From the NCBI GenBank assembly GCA_047607345.1, contig JASGDF010000139.1, positions 2,313 through 66,312 of the forward strand: DNA of 64,000 nucleotides, given 5' to 3'. Below the pieces are notes generated by a model. That model worked only from the letters and a program-made list of their open reading frames with translations, was not told the DNA's origin and ran no database searches. The position numbers and the translations under genes were made by a program. Positions 32,705-42,144 of the stretch are shown here, in pieces (positions within the stretch are counted from its first letter, which is position 1; each line of letters starts with the position of its first letter). This DNA comes from Pseudomonas sp. (lineage in GTDB: Bacteria; Pseudomonadota; Gammaproteobacteria; Xanthomonadales; Xanthomonadaceae).

Positions 32705-34138
32705 TTATCCGTTCCGAAATCTAAGTGAACTTAACATCTCGCATGCAGTTCTTCTGTCAAGAATAAAGTACAAAGCCATGTAGAAAACCAGCCCACCAAA
32801 GGCACCAACACTCAGGACGATGGCAGAATTACCCAAGTTTGTGACGTTCTCGAGCATATCTACGAAGAATGCCATGACAATCGCGGAAACGACCGGTACC
32901 CATGTAACTCTGATCAAATCCAGAGCGGTCCCCTCTAGCTGCTTCATGCACAATATCAGCACTGGCACGGCGTTTACGATGTTTGCCAGTAAATAGAATT
33001 TAACCATAAGCTCGACACCACCATGGATCCCGAGCATGAATGCGCCAACCTGTAGCACTGCACCGACCACGCCCAGCATCATCAAAGTTCTGGTCGCGGC
33101 CGTAGCCATGAAAACCACGCCGGTCGTGCTCAAAATCGACTGGATGAAGCCCGTGGGTGCCAGCCATAGCAGCAGTAACGAACTCAGCTCCCACCCCTTG
33201 CCTAGAAACAGCTCGATGAACTGCTCTCTGAGAACCAGCATCCCCGCCATCATGGGGGCGACCAACGCTGCTATGACGGCCACGACTTTCAGGTAAGTCT
33301 GCCTCATCAGGGGCATGTTCGATTGCTGTTTTGACAGAAGCGGATACATCGATCGCGAAACCACGAAGGTCAGGCTCTGTAACGGGAAAAGCATGACCCT
33401 ATAGGCCAGGGAATAGGCTCCCAGCACCGCAGCCGCAAAATAATGACCAATAATTATATTGTCGGCATTACGGGAAAAGTAATTAATTATGTTGAATCCA
33501 ACCAGATTCGAACTGAATCCAAATATTGATCTAAGGCAAGGCCAGGACGCCTGCCTGAACCCTCCAGGATGCCAGTCAGAAATCAACCATAGCTGCAAAG
33601 AGGACAGCCCCATCATTATCAGCGTCTGAGCTACCAGGCTGTAGACGCCCATCCCGGCCCAGCCCATCGCAATGGCCACCACCAAACCAACCATGGTCGA
33701 GATAATTTCGACACGGGCCACGGCCTTGAACTTTGATTCCCGCTCCAACAGCGCCTGGTGTGCCGCGGTGCAACTCGATATAGGGAACGCCAACGCCATT
33801 AACAACAGAACGCCAAACAACCGAGGGGCATTAAATATCTGCACCATCCACGGCGCAATTGCTACCACCACAACGGCAATCGTGGTGCCAACGCATATAT
33901 TGAACCAAAATACCGTGGTTTTGGTTTCATCGTCGAGAACCTGACGCTGAATGATCGCCGCCGACGAGCCCATGTCCCTGAAAATGATGGCAAAGTTTGT
34001 CACGACCGCCGCCATAGCCATGAGCCCATACTCGTCTGGAGCCACCAGCCGTGCGAGAACCATCATGCCAACGACTTGTGCACCGATTTTGCACGCCTGT
34101 GACATAGCCACCCAGCGCGCGTTGTTAAGCAAACTCAT
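32705..34138 (-). CDS. wzx: Wzx flippase (PST/WzxC-like)
   Basis: LARLVAPDEYGL, RDMG..AAIIQ, NADNIIIG, LGAYSLAY; many TM segments. Confidence 0.88.
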   Translation of the reverse strand: MSLLNNARWVAMSQACKIGAQVVGMMVLARLVAPDEYGLMAMAAVVTNFAIIFRDMGSSAAIIQRQVLDDETKTTVFWFNICVGTTIAVVVVAIAPWMVQIFNAPRLFGVLLLMALAFPISSCTAAHQALLERESKFKAVARVEIISTMVGLVVAIAMGWAGMGVYSLVAQTLIMMGLSSLQLWLISDWHPGGFRQASWPCLRSIFGFSSNLVGFNIINYFSRNADNIIIGHYFAAAVLGAYSLAYRVMLFPLQSLTFVVSRSMYPLLSKQQSNMPLMRQTYLKVVAVIAALVAPMMAGMLVLREQFIELFLGKGWELSSLLLLWLAPTGFIQSILSTTGVVFMATAATRTLMMLGVVGAVLQVGAFMLGIHGGVELMVKFYLLANIVNAVPVLILCMKQLEGTALDLIRVTWVPVVSAIVMAFFVDMLENVTNLGNSAIVLSVGAFGGLVFYMALYFILDRRTACEMLSSLRFRNG

Positions 34139-34178
34139 GTGTCAATACTCCGCCCCCCTTGCCGCCACTGCAAAAATA

Positions 34179-35345
34179 TTAGTCGGCGCCAAAAATGTCC
34201 CGGCTGTATACCTTTTCCATGACATCGTCGATTTCGTTCGTCATTCGATTGGCAACGATGACGTCGCTCAACGTCTTGAATTCCTCCAGATCATTTAGCA
34301 CTCTGGATCGGAAAAACTCGCTATCGCTCATCGAGGGCTCGTAGATGACTACCTCGATGCCCTTGGCTTTGATTCGCTTCATGATCCCCTGAATGCTGGA
34401 TGCGCGAAAATTATCGCTGCCAGCCTTCATGATCAAGCGATAGATACCTACTACTTTGGGATTTCGCCGGATAATTGAGTCAGCCACGAAATCCTTGCGC
34501 GTGCTGTTGGATTCCACGATCGCCTTAATCAGCGTCTGCGGGACATCGCTGTAGTTCGCCAACAGTTGCCTGGTGTCTTTGGGCAGGCAATAGCCGCCGT
34601 AGCCGAAGCTGGGATTGTTGTAGTGAGTACCGATACGCGGATCGAGGCATACACCTTCGATGATCTGCCGGCTGTCAAGACCACGGCTGGCGGCGTAGGT
34701 ATCGAGCTCGTTGAAAAACGCAACCCGCATGGCTAGGTAAGTATTGGCGAAGAGCTTGATGGCCTCGGCCTCAGTCGAGTCCGTGAACAGGACCGGAATG
34801 TCGTCCTTGATCGCGCCTTCCTTGAGCAGTTCGGCGAAAGCGGCTGCACGTGCCGACCGTTCGCCTACGACGATCCGGCTCGGGTACAGGTTATCGTACA
34901 ACGCTCGGCCTTCCCGCAAGAATTCGGGTGAGAATATCAGATTATCGGTCCGATACTGCTCTCGCGCCTTGGCAGTGAAGCCAACCGGTATAGTCGACTT
35001 TATTACCATTGTGGCATTCGGATTGATCGCCAAGACGTCGGCTATGACCGTCTCTACCGACCCGGTGTTGAAGTAATTGTTCTGAGCATCATAGTCCGTG
35101 GGTGTGGCTATGATAACGAATTCCGCATCCTCGTAGGCCTGCCTTTTATCGAGAGTCGCATGAAAGTCCAATCTGCGAGTCGCGAGGTAGTCCTGGATTT
35201 CCTTGTCTTCGATTGGCGACTGTTTTTGGGCAAGCTTTTCGACCTTGAACGGGTCGATATCCAGTGCGATCACGGTGTGGTTCTGGGCCAGCAGAACAGC
35301 ATTGGACAGGCCGACATAGCCGGTACCGGCAATAGCTATTTTCAT
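34179..35345 (-). CDS. ugd: UDP-glucose 6-dehydrogenase
   Basis: [37 protein letters not shown]. Confidence 0.96.
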   Translation of the reverse strand: MKIAIAGTGYVGLSNAVLLAQNHTVIALDIDPFKVEKLAQKQSPIEDKEIQDYLATRRLDFHATLDKRQAYEDAEFVIIATPTDYDAQNNYFNTGSVETVIADVLAINPNATMVIKSTIPVGFTAKAREQYRTDNLIFSPEFLREGRALYDNLYPSRIVVGERSARAAAFAELLKEGAIKDDIPVLFTDSTEAEAIKLFANTYLAMRVAFFNELDTYAASRGLDSRQIIEGVCLDPRIGTHYNNPSFGYGGYCLPKDTRQLLANYSDVPQTLIKAIVESNSTRKDFVADSIIRRNPKVVGIYRLIMKAGSDNFRASSIQGIMKRIKAKGIEVVIYEPSMSDSEFFRSRVLNDLEEFKTLSDVIVANRMTNEIDDVMEKVYSRDIFGAD

Positions 35346-35720
35346 GTACTTGGATTTCTGTTAGGAAATGGAAACAAAGCCTAGCTATCGCTCCCCAGCA
35401 CGCGATAGCTTGCTGCCGAAAACGACGCCGTACCCAGGAGCCGGATGAGTTTCAATCTCATTGAACTCTCAAAAAATCATCGAGAAAGGTTTCAAGCGCA
35501 GCCGGCGCACTACTATGGGCTCCGCCGAGATCGGGAATCTTAGATGGAGCATGATGCTTCATCCCTGTGGGCTGGGCTTACCCGGAGCTGGACGAACCCC
35601 CAGACTACAACTTGAGTTTTATTTCACGATCGTCGGATTGGCGCTTTCCCGGCGAGTCCATTCTAAATGGGGCGTCGGTCAGTGCCCGCCTGGGCCAATC
35701 GGCCCAGGCGGCATCAATCA

Positions 35721-37940
35721 TCAATTACGGGCAGACTTGTACTCGTAGTAGCCGTAGCTGTAGTAGCCTGCTGCACGGCGCTCGACAGCATTGAAGATCG
35801 CGCCCTTGAGGTTGACGTTGTTTTGCTCGAAACGCTTCTTGGCCAGCGCAATTTCCTTGGGCTGGTTTAGGCCGAAGCGGGCAACCAACAGGCTGGTGCC
35901 GGCATGATGGGCGATCACCGACGCATCGGTCACGGCCAAGATCGGTGGGGTATCGATGATGACCAGATCATAGTCCTTGGCAACCTGCTCCAGTAGATGC
36001 GTGAAGTTCTCATGCATCAGTAGCTCGGAAGGATTAGGGGGTACTTCACCACGCGCGATGAAGTGCAGGTTGTCAGCATTGCCAAAGCTGCGGATCGAGT
36101 CTGCAGCGCTTACCCGACCAACTAGCAGATCAGAAAGGCCCGGTGCCTGTTTGACGCCCAGGGCCTTGTGCAACGTGCCCTTGCGCATGTCGGCATCGAT
36201 GATGAGTACTCTCTGGCCCGCCTGTGCGATGACCGTCGCAAGGTTCACCGACACGAATGTCTTGCCCGCGTTAGGACTGGAGCCAGAGATCAGAACGATA
36301 TTGTTTTTGGCCTCCAGGCGTGCGAAATGCAAGCTGGTACGCAGGCTGCGCATCGCTTCCACCGCAAGGTCGGCGGGGTCGTTAAGAGCGAGGACGTGCA
36401 TCCTCCCATCACCCGGGCCATGCCCGCGTACCGAATCGTTCTCCTGCATCGGGCTAACCGGAATCGAGGCGTAAACCGGCAGGCCGAGCTCTTCGATCTG
36501 CGCCGGATCCTCAATCCCACGGTTCAACATCTGCCGAAGTAGCACGGTACCCACAGCCAGGAACAGGCCCAGGAAAGTACCAATCAGTACCACTAGCGTC
36601 TTTCTCGGCTTAACCGGCGCAGTGGCATCGACCGCGGCTGGATCGACGATACGCACGTTGCCGACGGTGCCGGCACGCGCGACATCCAACTGCTGGGCCT
36701 GGTTAAGCAACGCGGTGTACATCTCGTTGCTCACCTTCAGATCGCGGCTCAGCCTGAGCAATTCCTGCTGCGCGTCCGGAAGTTGTTTGACCTGGTTCTG
36801 GAAGCCCGTCTTGCGTCCTTCCAGTTCGCCAATCTGGCGCAACAGGGCCTGGTAGGCAGGATGATCACGGGTGAACTTGCGATCCATATCCGCCTGTTGC
36901 AGGCGCAATTGCTGGATGCTGCTCTCTACCGCCACTTCCTGGTCCAGCAAGCCCTTGGTCTGCAGCGACAGATCGACCGAATTGGCTTTGGTCTGGTAGG
37001 CGTTGAGGGCTTCCTGGGCCAAGTCGACCTGGCGACGCACGTTTGGCAACTGCTCCTTGACAAAGGTCAGCTGTGCCGAGGCCTCGGCCGAGTTGCGTTC
37101 TACGTTCTGTCGCACGTATGCCTGGGCCACATGCTGCAGGAACGACCGAGCAAGCGCCGGGTCGGCGTTCTCATAAGTCAGTGTGAGGATACCTGATTCC
37201 TTGCCGGACTCACTGACCTGCACCGCCTGTTGCAGGTTGCCGATGATGTTAAGCCGGCGCAACGCGGTCACTTGGAAACGCGTGCCGGGATTAGCTACGA
37301 GTTCCCTGACCTGCAGCGTCACGCCGTGGCCCTGGGCCGGCTTGCCGACTTCGCCCTGTACTAGCACTTCGCCGCTCTCGTCGGCCAGCGTGTATCTACC
37401 TGGCTGGGTCCCTGCAGTCAGCGTCAGCTCAGTTCCCACCAGACTATCGGGTACCCTCAACTGGAACACATCCAACTTTTCTCCACCCCAGCCATAGCTA
37501 TTGAGACCGAGGAACGGTTTCGCGACCCGACCGGGCGAGGCGGCCTCCGCCTTGCGCGCCAAGTAGCCGCCGATCAGCGGAAACCGGTATGGCTCGACAT
37601 CAACGTCCAACTTGAGTTCGTCAACTGCACTTCCGATCACCGAGCGCGAAGTAATCAGGGCGATCTCGGTGGTCGAGGCGGCCGTACCGCCGCTGCCCAA
37701 TCCCAAGGATTGGCTGATGTCCGACAGGCCCGGCAGCGTGGGCACCTTCGACTCAACCTGCACCAGCGCATTGGCTTGGTAAATCGGCGTAGCCAGCAGC
37801 GCATAGGCAACACTGATGACAAAAAATGCCCCGGTGATTCCACCGATCAGCCATTTGTGATCGATCAGGGTTCCCAGCAATTGGCGCAGATCGATCTCGT
37901 CCGTGTCTGCTGCGGCGGGTCGGGGATCTTGGCTCGTCAT
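35721..37940 (-). CDS. wzc: Polysaccharide co-polymerase/tyrosine autokinase Wzc (Etk-like)
   Basis: DEIDL N-terminus, Walker A SSPNAGKT, IDADMRKG, IIDTPP, C-terminal Tyr cluster GYYSYGYYEY; start MTSQDP. Confidence 0.95.
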   Translation of the reverse strand: MTSQDPRPAAADTDEIDLRQLLGTLIDHKWLIGGITGAFFVISVAYALLATPIYQANALVQVESKVPTLPGLSDISQSLGLGSGGTAASTTEIALITSRSVIGSAVDELKLDVDVEPYRFPLIGGYLARKAEAASPGRVAKPFLGLNSYGWGGEKLDVFQLRVPDSLVGTELTLTAGTQPGRYTLADESGEVLVQGEVGKPAQGHGVTLQVRELVANPGTRFQVTALRRLNIIGNLQQAVQVSESGKESGILTLTYENADPALARSFLQHVAQAYVRQNVERNSAEASAQLTFVKEQLPNVRRQVDLAQEALNAYQTKANSVDLSLQTKGLLDQEVAVESSIQQLRLQQADMDRKFTRDHPAYQALLRQIGELEGRKTGFQNQVKQLPDAQQELLRLSRDLKVSNEMYTALLNQAQQLDVARAGTVGNVRIVDPAAVDATAPVKPRKTLVVLIGTFLGLFLAVGTVLLRQMLNRGIEDPAQIEELGLPVYASIPVSPMQENDSVRGHGPGDGRMHVLALNDPADLAVEAMRSLRTSLHFARLEAKNNIVLISGSSPNAGKTFVSVNLATVIAQAGQRVLIIDADMRKGTLHKALGVKQAPGLSDLLVGRVSAADSIRSFGNADNLHFIARGEVPPNPSELLMHENFTHLLEQVAKDYDLVIIDTPPILAVTDASVIAHHAGTSLLVARFGLNQPKEIALAKKRFEQNNVNLKGAIFNAVERRAAGYYSYGYYEYKSARN

Positions 37941-37995
37941 GATGTCGTTGTGGCTCGAATTAATTAAGTTGCAAAGAGAGGGAAAAAGAAGACGC

Positions 37996-38430
37996 TCAGA
38001 TGTAACGATGCCAGCTTTCCACACCCTCGGCCATCAGCCGGTAGACGTGTTCGAAAGCCGGACGCTGCTGTCGATAGGGGTCGGGGATCTCGCGATCGGA
38101 CTGCCATTTGCCGAGCAGAAAGGTCTTTCCGGAGACCTCCGGCGCCTGCTCGGCGATGTTCTTGAGGTGCCGGCGCTCCATCACCAGTATCAGGTCGGCG
38201 GCCGACAGCAATCGGGGCTCCACCTGGCGAGCCTTGTGGTCACTGCCGTCCAGGCCGTGCTCGATCAGCAACTCCTGGGCGAGAGGGTCGATCCCCCGGC
38301 CGACCAGCGCACCGAGTCCGGCAGAGGAGACCTGGATGTCACGGCCCTGGAGCGCGTTGCGCATCAGCACTTCCGCGGAGGGACTGCGACAGATGTTGCC
38401 GATACACACGAAAAGTACGTTGTTGAACAC
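37996..38430 (-). CDS. wzb: Low-molecular-weight protein tyrosine phosphatase Wzb (Etp-like)
   Basis: VCIGNICRSP P-loop, EIPDPY. Confidence 0.95.
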   Translation of the reverse strand: MFNNVLFVCIGNICRSPSAEVLMRNALQGRDIQVSSAGLGALVGRGIDPLAQELLIEHGLDGSDHKARQVEPRLLSAADLILVMERRHLKNIAEQAPEVSGKTFLLGKWQSDREIPDPYRQQRPAFEHVYRLMAEGVESWHRYI

Positions 38431-38619
38431 TTACCTGAATCCCTAAAAAATCCGACTGGTCCAGGATCCAACCCCGTTTTTCCCATCGGCTGCCATCTAG
38501 ATGAACCCCAGAACATGGACTGAAGCCGACAGGATAACCCAAGTGACCGCGAAGCCCGGAAATGAGAGCTGCGCCCAGTTCACAGATACGGCAACAAACA
38601 GCTTGACCAACTGTTCAGA

Positions 38620-38631
38620 CACGCTACCGCC
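38620..38631 (-). promoter_or_regulatory. ops element (RfaH recruitment pause site)
   Basis: Minus strand reads GGCGGTAGCGTG, an exact match to ops GGCGGTAGnnTG, between rfaH and wzb. Confidence 0.85.
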
Positions 38632-38700
38632 CTACGTTCGCCCTTGCGGGGGGTCACGCATACACCCTTCGGCGATGACCCCGCAATGGGGCCGCCGCCT

Positions 38701-39198
38701 TCAGTCGGTTGCGAGCACCAGGCTCTTGGCCGACATCTGCACCGGCCGGACCACGCCCAGCCAGTGCAGCAGTACCGAAACCCGATCGGCCGCGGAACGC
38801 GCCTGAAATACCGCCTCGAAGCCCGCAAACGGGCCCTCCAACACTTTCAACCGGGTACCCGGCGACCACTCGCCACCTAGCCGTACGCAGCCCTGATCGT
38901 CGCAGCGCAGGCGAATCGCCTCGACCGCCTGTGCCGGCAACATCGCCAGCGTCATTCCGAAACGCACCAGCCCGCAGCAGCCGATGGTGCTGCGGATCGG
39001 TGCGGTGTTGTCGGTCTCACTGTCCACGTTCACGAACAGGTAGCGCGGAAACAGCGGCATTGCGCGCTCGCCCTCAGGCTTGCTGGTTGCACGCTCGCGT
39101 GCCATCGGCAGCCAGACTTCGTAACCCTGGCGTTCAAGCTGAACCAGCGCCTGGCGCTCTTGCCGGGGACGGGTCAAGACAAGGTGCCAGCCGCGCAT
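38701..39198 (-). CDS. rfaH: RfaH-like NusG paralog (transcription antiterminator)
   Basis: WHLVLTRPRQE..A..LERQG, PLFPRYLF, IRSTIG..LVRFG, KOW motif GPFAGFEAVF..RVSVLL; ATG overlaps the marR stop (TGATG). Confidence 0.88.
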   Translation of the reverse strand: MRGWHLVLTRPRQERQALVQLERQGYEVWLPMARERATSKPEGERAMPLFPRYLFVNVDSETDNTAPIRSTIGCCGLVRFGMTLAMLPAQAVEAIRLRCDDQGCVRLGGEWSPGTRLKVLEGPFAGFEAVFQARSAADRVSVLLHWLGVVRPVQMSAKSLVLATD

Positions 39199-39560
39199 CA
39201 GCGGACCTCCCTGTGTTCGGCCATCGGCTTGGATTCCCCGACTTCGGACATCAGTGTGTCGATCTCGCTCTGCAGGCGCTCGTATTCGTCGCGCTTGCGA
39301 CGCAGGAACTGCATGGCGACCCTGGTTTTTTCCTCGATCCCTGATGGCGTCAGCCAATAGCTGTACTTGCGTTTGTCGGTGCTGCGCCGGAAGTTGCCAA
39401 GCTTGACGTAGCCACGATCGATCAACGCGCGCAGGCAGTAGTTCACCTTGCCGACACTGATACCCAGCTCGACGGCGGCCTCGCGCTGGGTCAACCCGGG
39501 TCGTTCCTCGATCATCCGCAGCAGGCGGTGGCGTACCTCGTCGGGTTGCACCCGCGACAT
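39198..39560 (-). CDS. EPS-associated MarR-family transcriptional regulator
   Basis: TQRE.A.ELGISVGKVNYCLRALI..G.VK..NF..S..K..YSY.LTP.G.EEK signature of the MarR_EPS family. Confidence 0.88.
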   Translation of the reverse strand: MSRVQPDEVRHRLLRMIEERPGLTQREAAVELGISVGKVNYCLRALIDRGYVKLGNFRRSTDKRKYSYWLTPSGIEEKTRVAMQFLRRKRDEYERLQSEIDTLMSEVGESKPMAEHREVR

Positions 39561-39654
39561 CCTCGTTCAATAATTGAACAAACCTTATCGCCTTGCCCTG
39601 GAGCATTCAACCGTCAGGTCCGTATGGCAACTGAACAGCGCGAAGACCCGGGCG

Positions 39655-41115
39655 TCAGTAGGCGGTCTTCTGCCCCAACACCTTCAACGCCGTCATCACG
39701 ATGATCTTGATGTCCAGCCAGGGCGTCCACCTGCGGATGTAGTCGATGTCGTACTGGACGCGCTTCTTCATGTCGCGCAATTCGCGGGTCTCGCCACGGA
39801 AACCATGCACCTGCGCCCAACCAGTGATGCCGGGCTTGACGTAATGGCGCTGCATGTAGCGCTGGATGCGCCGCTCGTACTGGTTGGTATGCGCGACTGC
39901 GTGCGGTCGCGGCCCTACCACCGACATGCTGCCTCCGAGCACGTTGAAGAACTGCGGCAACTCATCCAGGCTGGTGCGCCGCAGGAACGCCCCAAAAGGC
40001 GTCACTCGCGGATCGTCTCGGGTAGCCTGGGTCACTTGGCCGCTGTGCTCCTGGTGTACGCGCATCGAGCGGAACTTGAGCATCTTGAACTCCTTGCCGC
40101 CCAGTCCATTGCGGCTCTGGCGGAAGAATACCGGGCCCGGCGAGCTAAGCTTGACGCCGATCGCCAGCAACAGATACAGCGGCGAAAGCAGCAGCACAGC
40201 GATGCCAGCCACAAGCGAGTCCTCGATGCGCTTGATGATCAGGAAGTTGCTCTGGGTCAGCCCCTGGCGCAGGCCGATCATCGGCACCGACCCTATCTGG
40301 GACACCGACAGATTCAGCGTGCCGAAATCGTAGACGTCGGGCACCAGCTGCACTGGCACCGGATAGCGCTCGAGCATCCGCAACAGGCCCTTGATATTGC
40401 CGCGATCGGTCAGCGGCAACGAGATCCAGACCTGTTCCACCCGGTGCTGGTTCTCCCGCAGATAGTCTTGCAGGCCTTCCAGATCACCGAGCCGCGTCGG
40501 CGCGGCCGAGTCCGACGATGTCCTGATGTCGTAGCTGGAGGCGAAGTAGCCGACGATGTCGATGCCGACACCCGGATGAGCGCGCAGATAGCGATGCAGC
40601 TTCAATACCGGCGTGCGCAGGCCAACCACGACCACCCGCTGCATATAGACGCCCTGGCTGCGCAGGCGATGCCGAGCCACGCGCACGCCCACCCTCGCAA
40701 ACACCATCGCGACATAGCCGGAGCCATACCAGTAAGCCAGCCATTGCCGAGAAACCGCAGTCCCCATCTTCACCAGCAACGCATGCATCGAGAACAACGC
40801 GAACACGATGGTCCACACCAACAGCAATACGCCAAGCTCGCGTGCGAAACTGCGACCACGCCAGCCGCGATACAGCGGAGAGACCAGGAAACACAGGAGC
40901 GCATACAGGATGGTCGTGCCGATCGCGACGCGGTACTCCATCGTGGGCACCTTGACGCCGAAACGCAGTGCATACGACAGGGCCGCAGCGGCGACGACCG
41001 CGAGAATGTCAGCGAACCGCAGCCAGATGCCGAATGCGGCGACCCGTTCAGACGGGCGCTGCAGTAGCGACTCCTTGTTGTGACTGCTCAAATCGCTGAT
41101 CACTCCATGCAGCAA
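39655..41115 (-). CDS. wcaJ: Undecaprenyl-phosphate glucose phosphotransferase (WcaJ/GumD-like priming transferase)
   Basis: KRIED, KFRSM, DPRVT, LRRTSLDELPQ, VGPRP, VKPGITGWAQV; TTG start with GGGAGAGG RBS. Confidence 0.93.
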   Translation of the reverse strand: MLHGVISDLSSHNKESLLQRPSERVAAFGIWLRFADILAVVAAAALSYALRFGVKVPTMEYRVAIGTTILYALLCFLVSPLYRGWRGRSFARELGVLLLVWTIVFALFSMHALLVKMGTAVSRQWLAYWYGSGYVAMVFARVGVRVARHRLRSQGVYMQRVVVVGLRTPVLKLHRYLRAHPGVGIDIVGYFASSYDIRTSSDSAAPTRLGDLEGLQDYLRENQHRVEQVWISLPLTDRGNIKGLLRMLERYPVPVQLVPDVYDFGTLNLSVSQIGSVPMIGLRQGLTQSNFLIIKRIEDSLVAGIAVLLLSPLYLLLAIGVKLSSPGPVFFRQSRNGLGGKEFKMLKFRSMRVHQEHSGQVTQATRDDPRVTPFGAFLRRTSLDELPQFFNVLGGSMSVVGPRPHAVAHTNQYERRIQRYMQRHYVKPGITGWAQVHGFRGETRELRDMKKRVQYDIDYIRRWTPWLDIKIIVMTALKVLGQKTAY

Positions 41116-41964
41116 GACACCTCTCCCATATTCATTCCAGAAAATAATTTATATTCGGAAAATAAATCGCTTGACACCATCAGGACATCGACTGGCCTGT
41201 GTGGCTCTACGACAGCATGCCAGGCCCCAATAGAGCCTGTACGTGCGATACGGAGAGTCGAAAAACAGGAAATCACCGGACGCTGGCGGACACCATCGCC
41301 CTTTACCGCCACCACGCCGGATCCCATCAACCTTCCCCTCTCAGGATGCGCGATATCCGCCAGCCCCCATGCGTCTTGAAGTATCCCGAATCGCCCGTGA
41401 TGGCGTAGCGAAGAGCCCGGTAACTGGCGCATGGCGCCGGGCAATCCCAGTGGCGCGCCTTACGGTAGGCCTTTATATAGTCGTGCAGTAATGAGCTACT
41501 CATGGGGGAGGAGCGCCTAATCGAGGTCTAAAGCAGGGCGAGGCCGCGCCTGACGCAGGCGCGGGAGGGAAAAATTGCGATGAACACAGATCACCCCGGT
41601 CGAGCGCGACGGCAGCTCGATCGCCAAGACCTCCCCCTGTAGGAGATCACCAGATTGGCATAAGCATTGCTTCGCCGACACCAACGACACAATTACCCGA
41701 AACAACATAAACAGACAGTGAAAACTTCACTCGGCGCACACGGCACCAATGCGGCAGCGTGACGCCTGCAGCATGCTCACGCGCGGCGATTACATCGTGA
41801 AGACAAGCCTGCTGCCTCGTCGCTAAGGCAGTCCCCGGGGCTGCAATACAAGGTCACGAACAGGCCAGGTCGCATCGACCACCGTACGCCATCGAGCTTG
41901 CCTCTACTGGGAAAGGGCCAGCTGGCGCGTGGCGCTGGATTGGCACTTTGTGTGTACGGGGCAC

Positions 41965-42013
41965 GCCCCCCATCCGCCCCTTCGGGCACCTTCCCCCACA
42001 CGCGGGGGAAGGA
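41965..42013. repeat. Second-type palindromic intergenic repeat (single half)
   Basis: CCCCCATCCGCCCCTTCGGGCACCTTCCCCCACACGCGGGGGAAGG with nested hairpins; resembles a repeat I recall from xanthomonad intergenic regions. Confidence 0.55.
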
Positions 42014-42087
42014 CGATGGCTTGGGCACTTGGCTGTTGTCGGGATCGATGACCGACCCTGACGGATGGGCAAGTGCCAGTAACGAGA

Positions 42088-42107
42088 TGGCCGCCCGAAG
42101 GCGGCCA
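42088..42107 (-). terminator. Hairpin downstream of rplS (probable terminator)
   Basis: TGGCCGCC-TTCG-GGCGGCCA on the minus strand; weak U-tract. Confidence 0.5.
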
Positions 42108-42144
42108 CTCATTCACACAGGGCTAGCAAATGCTCGCCAGTGGA

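Noticed and set aside
36921-36935. Second ops-like sequence GGCGGTAGAGAG inside wzc
   Set aside because: Lacks the nnTG end and is explained by codons (V-A-V-E-S).
38701-39606. 301-aa RfaH with a long N-terminal extension
   Set aside because: The extension overlaps marR out of frame; the NGN domain starts at ATG 39198.
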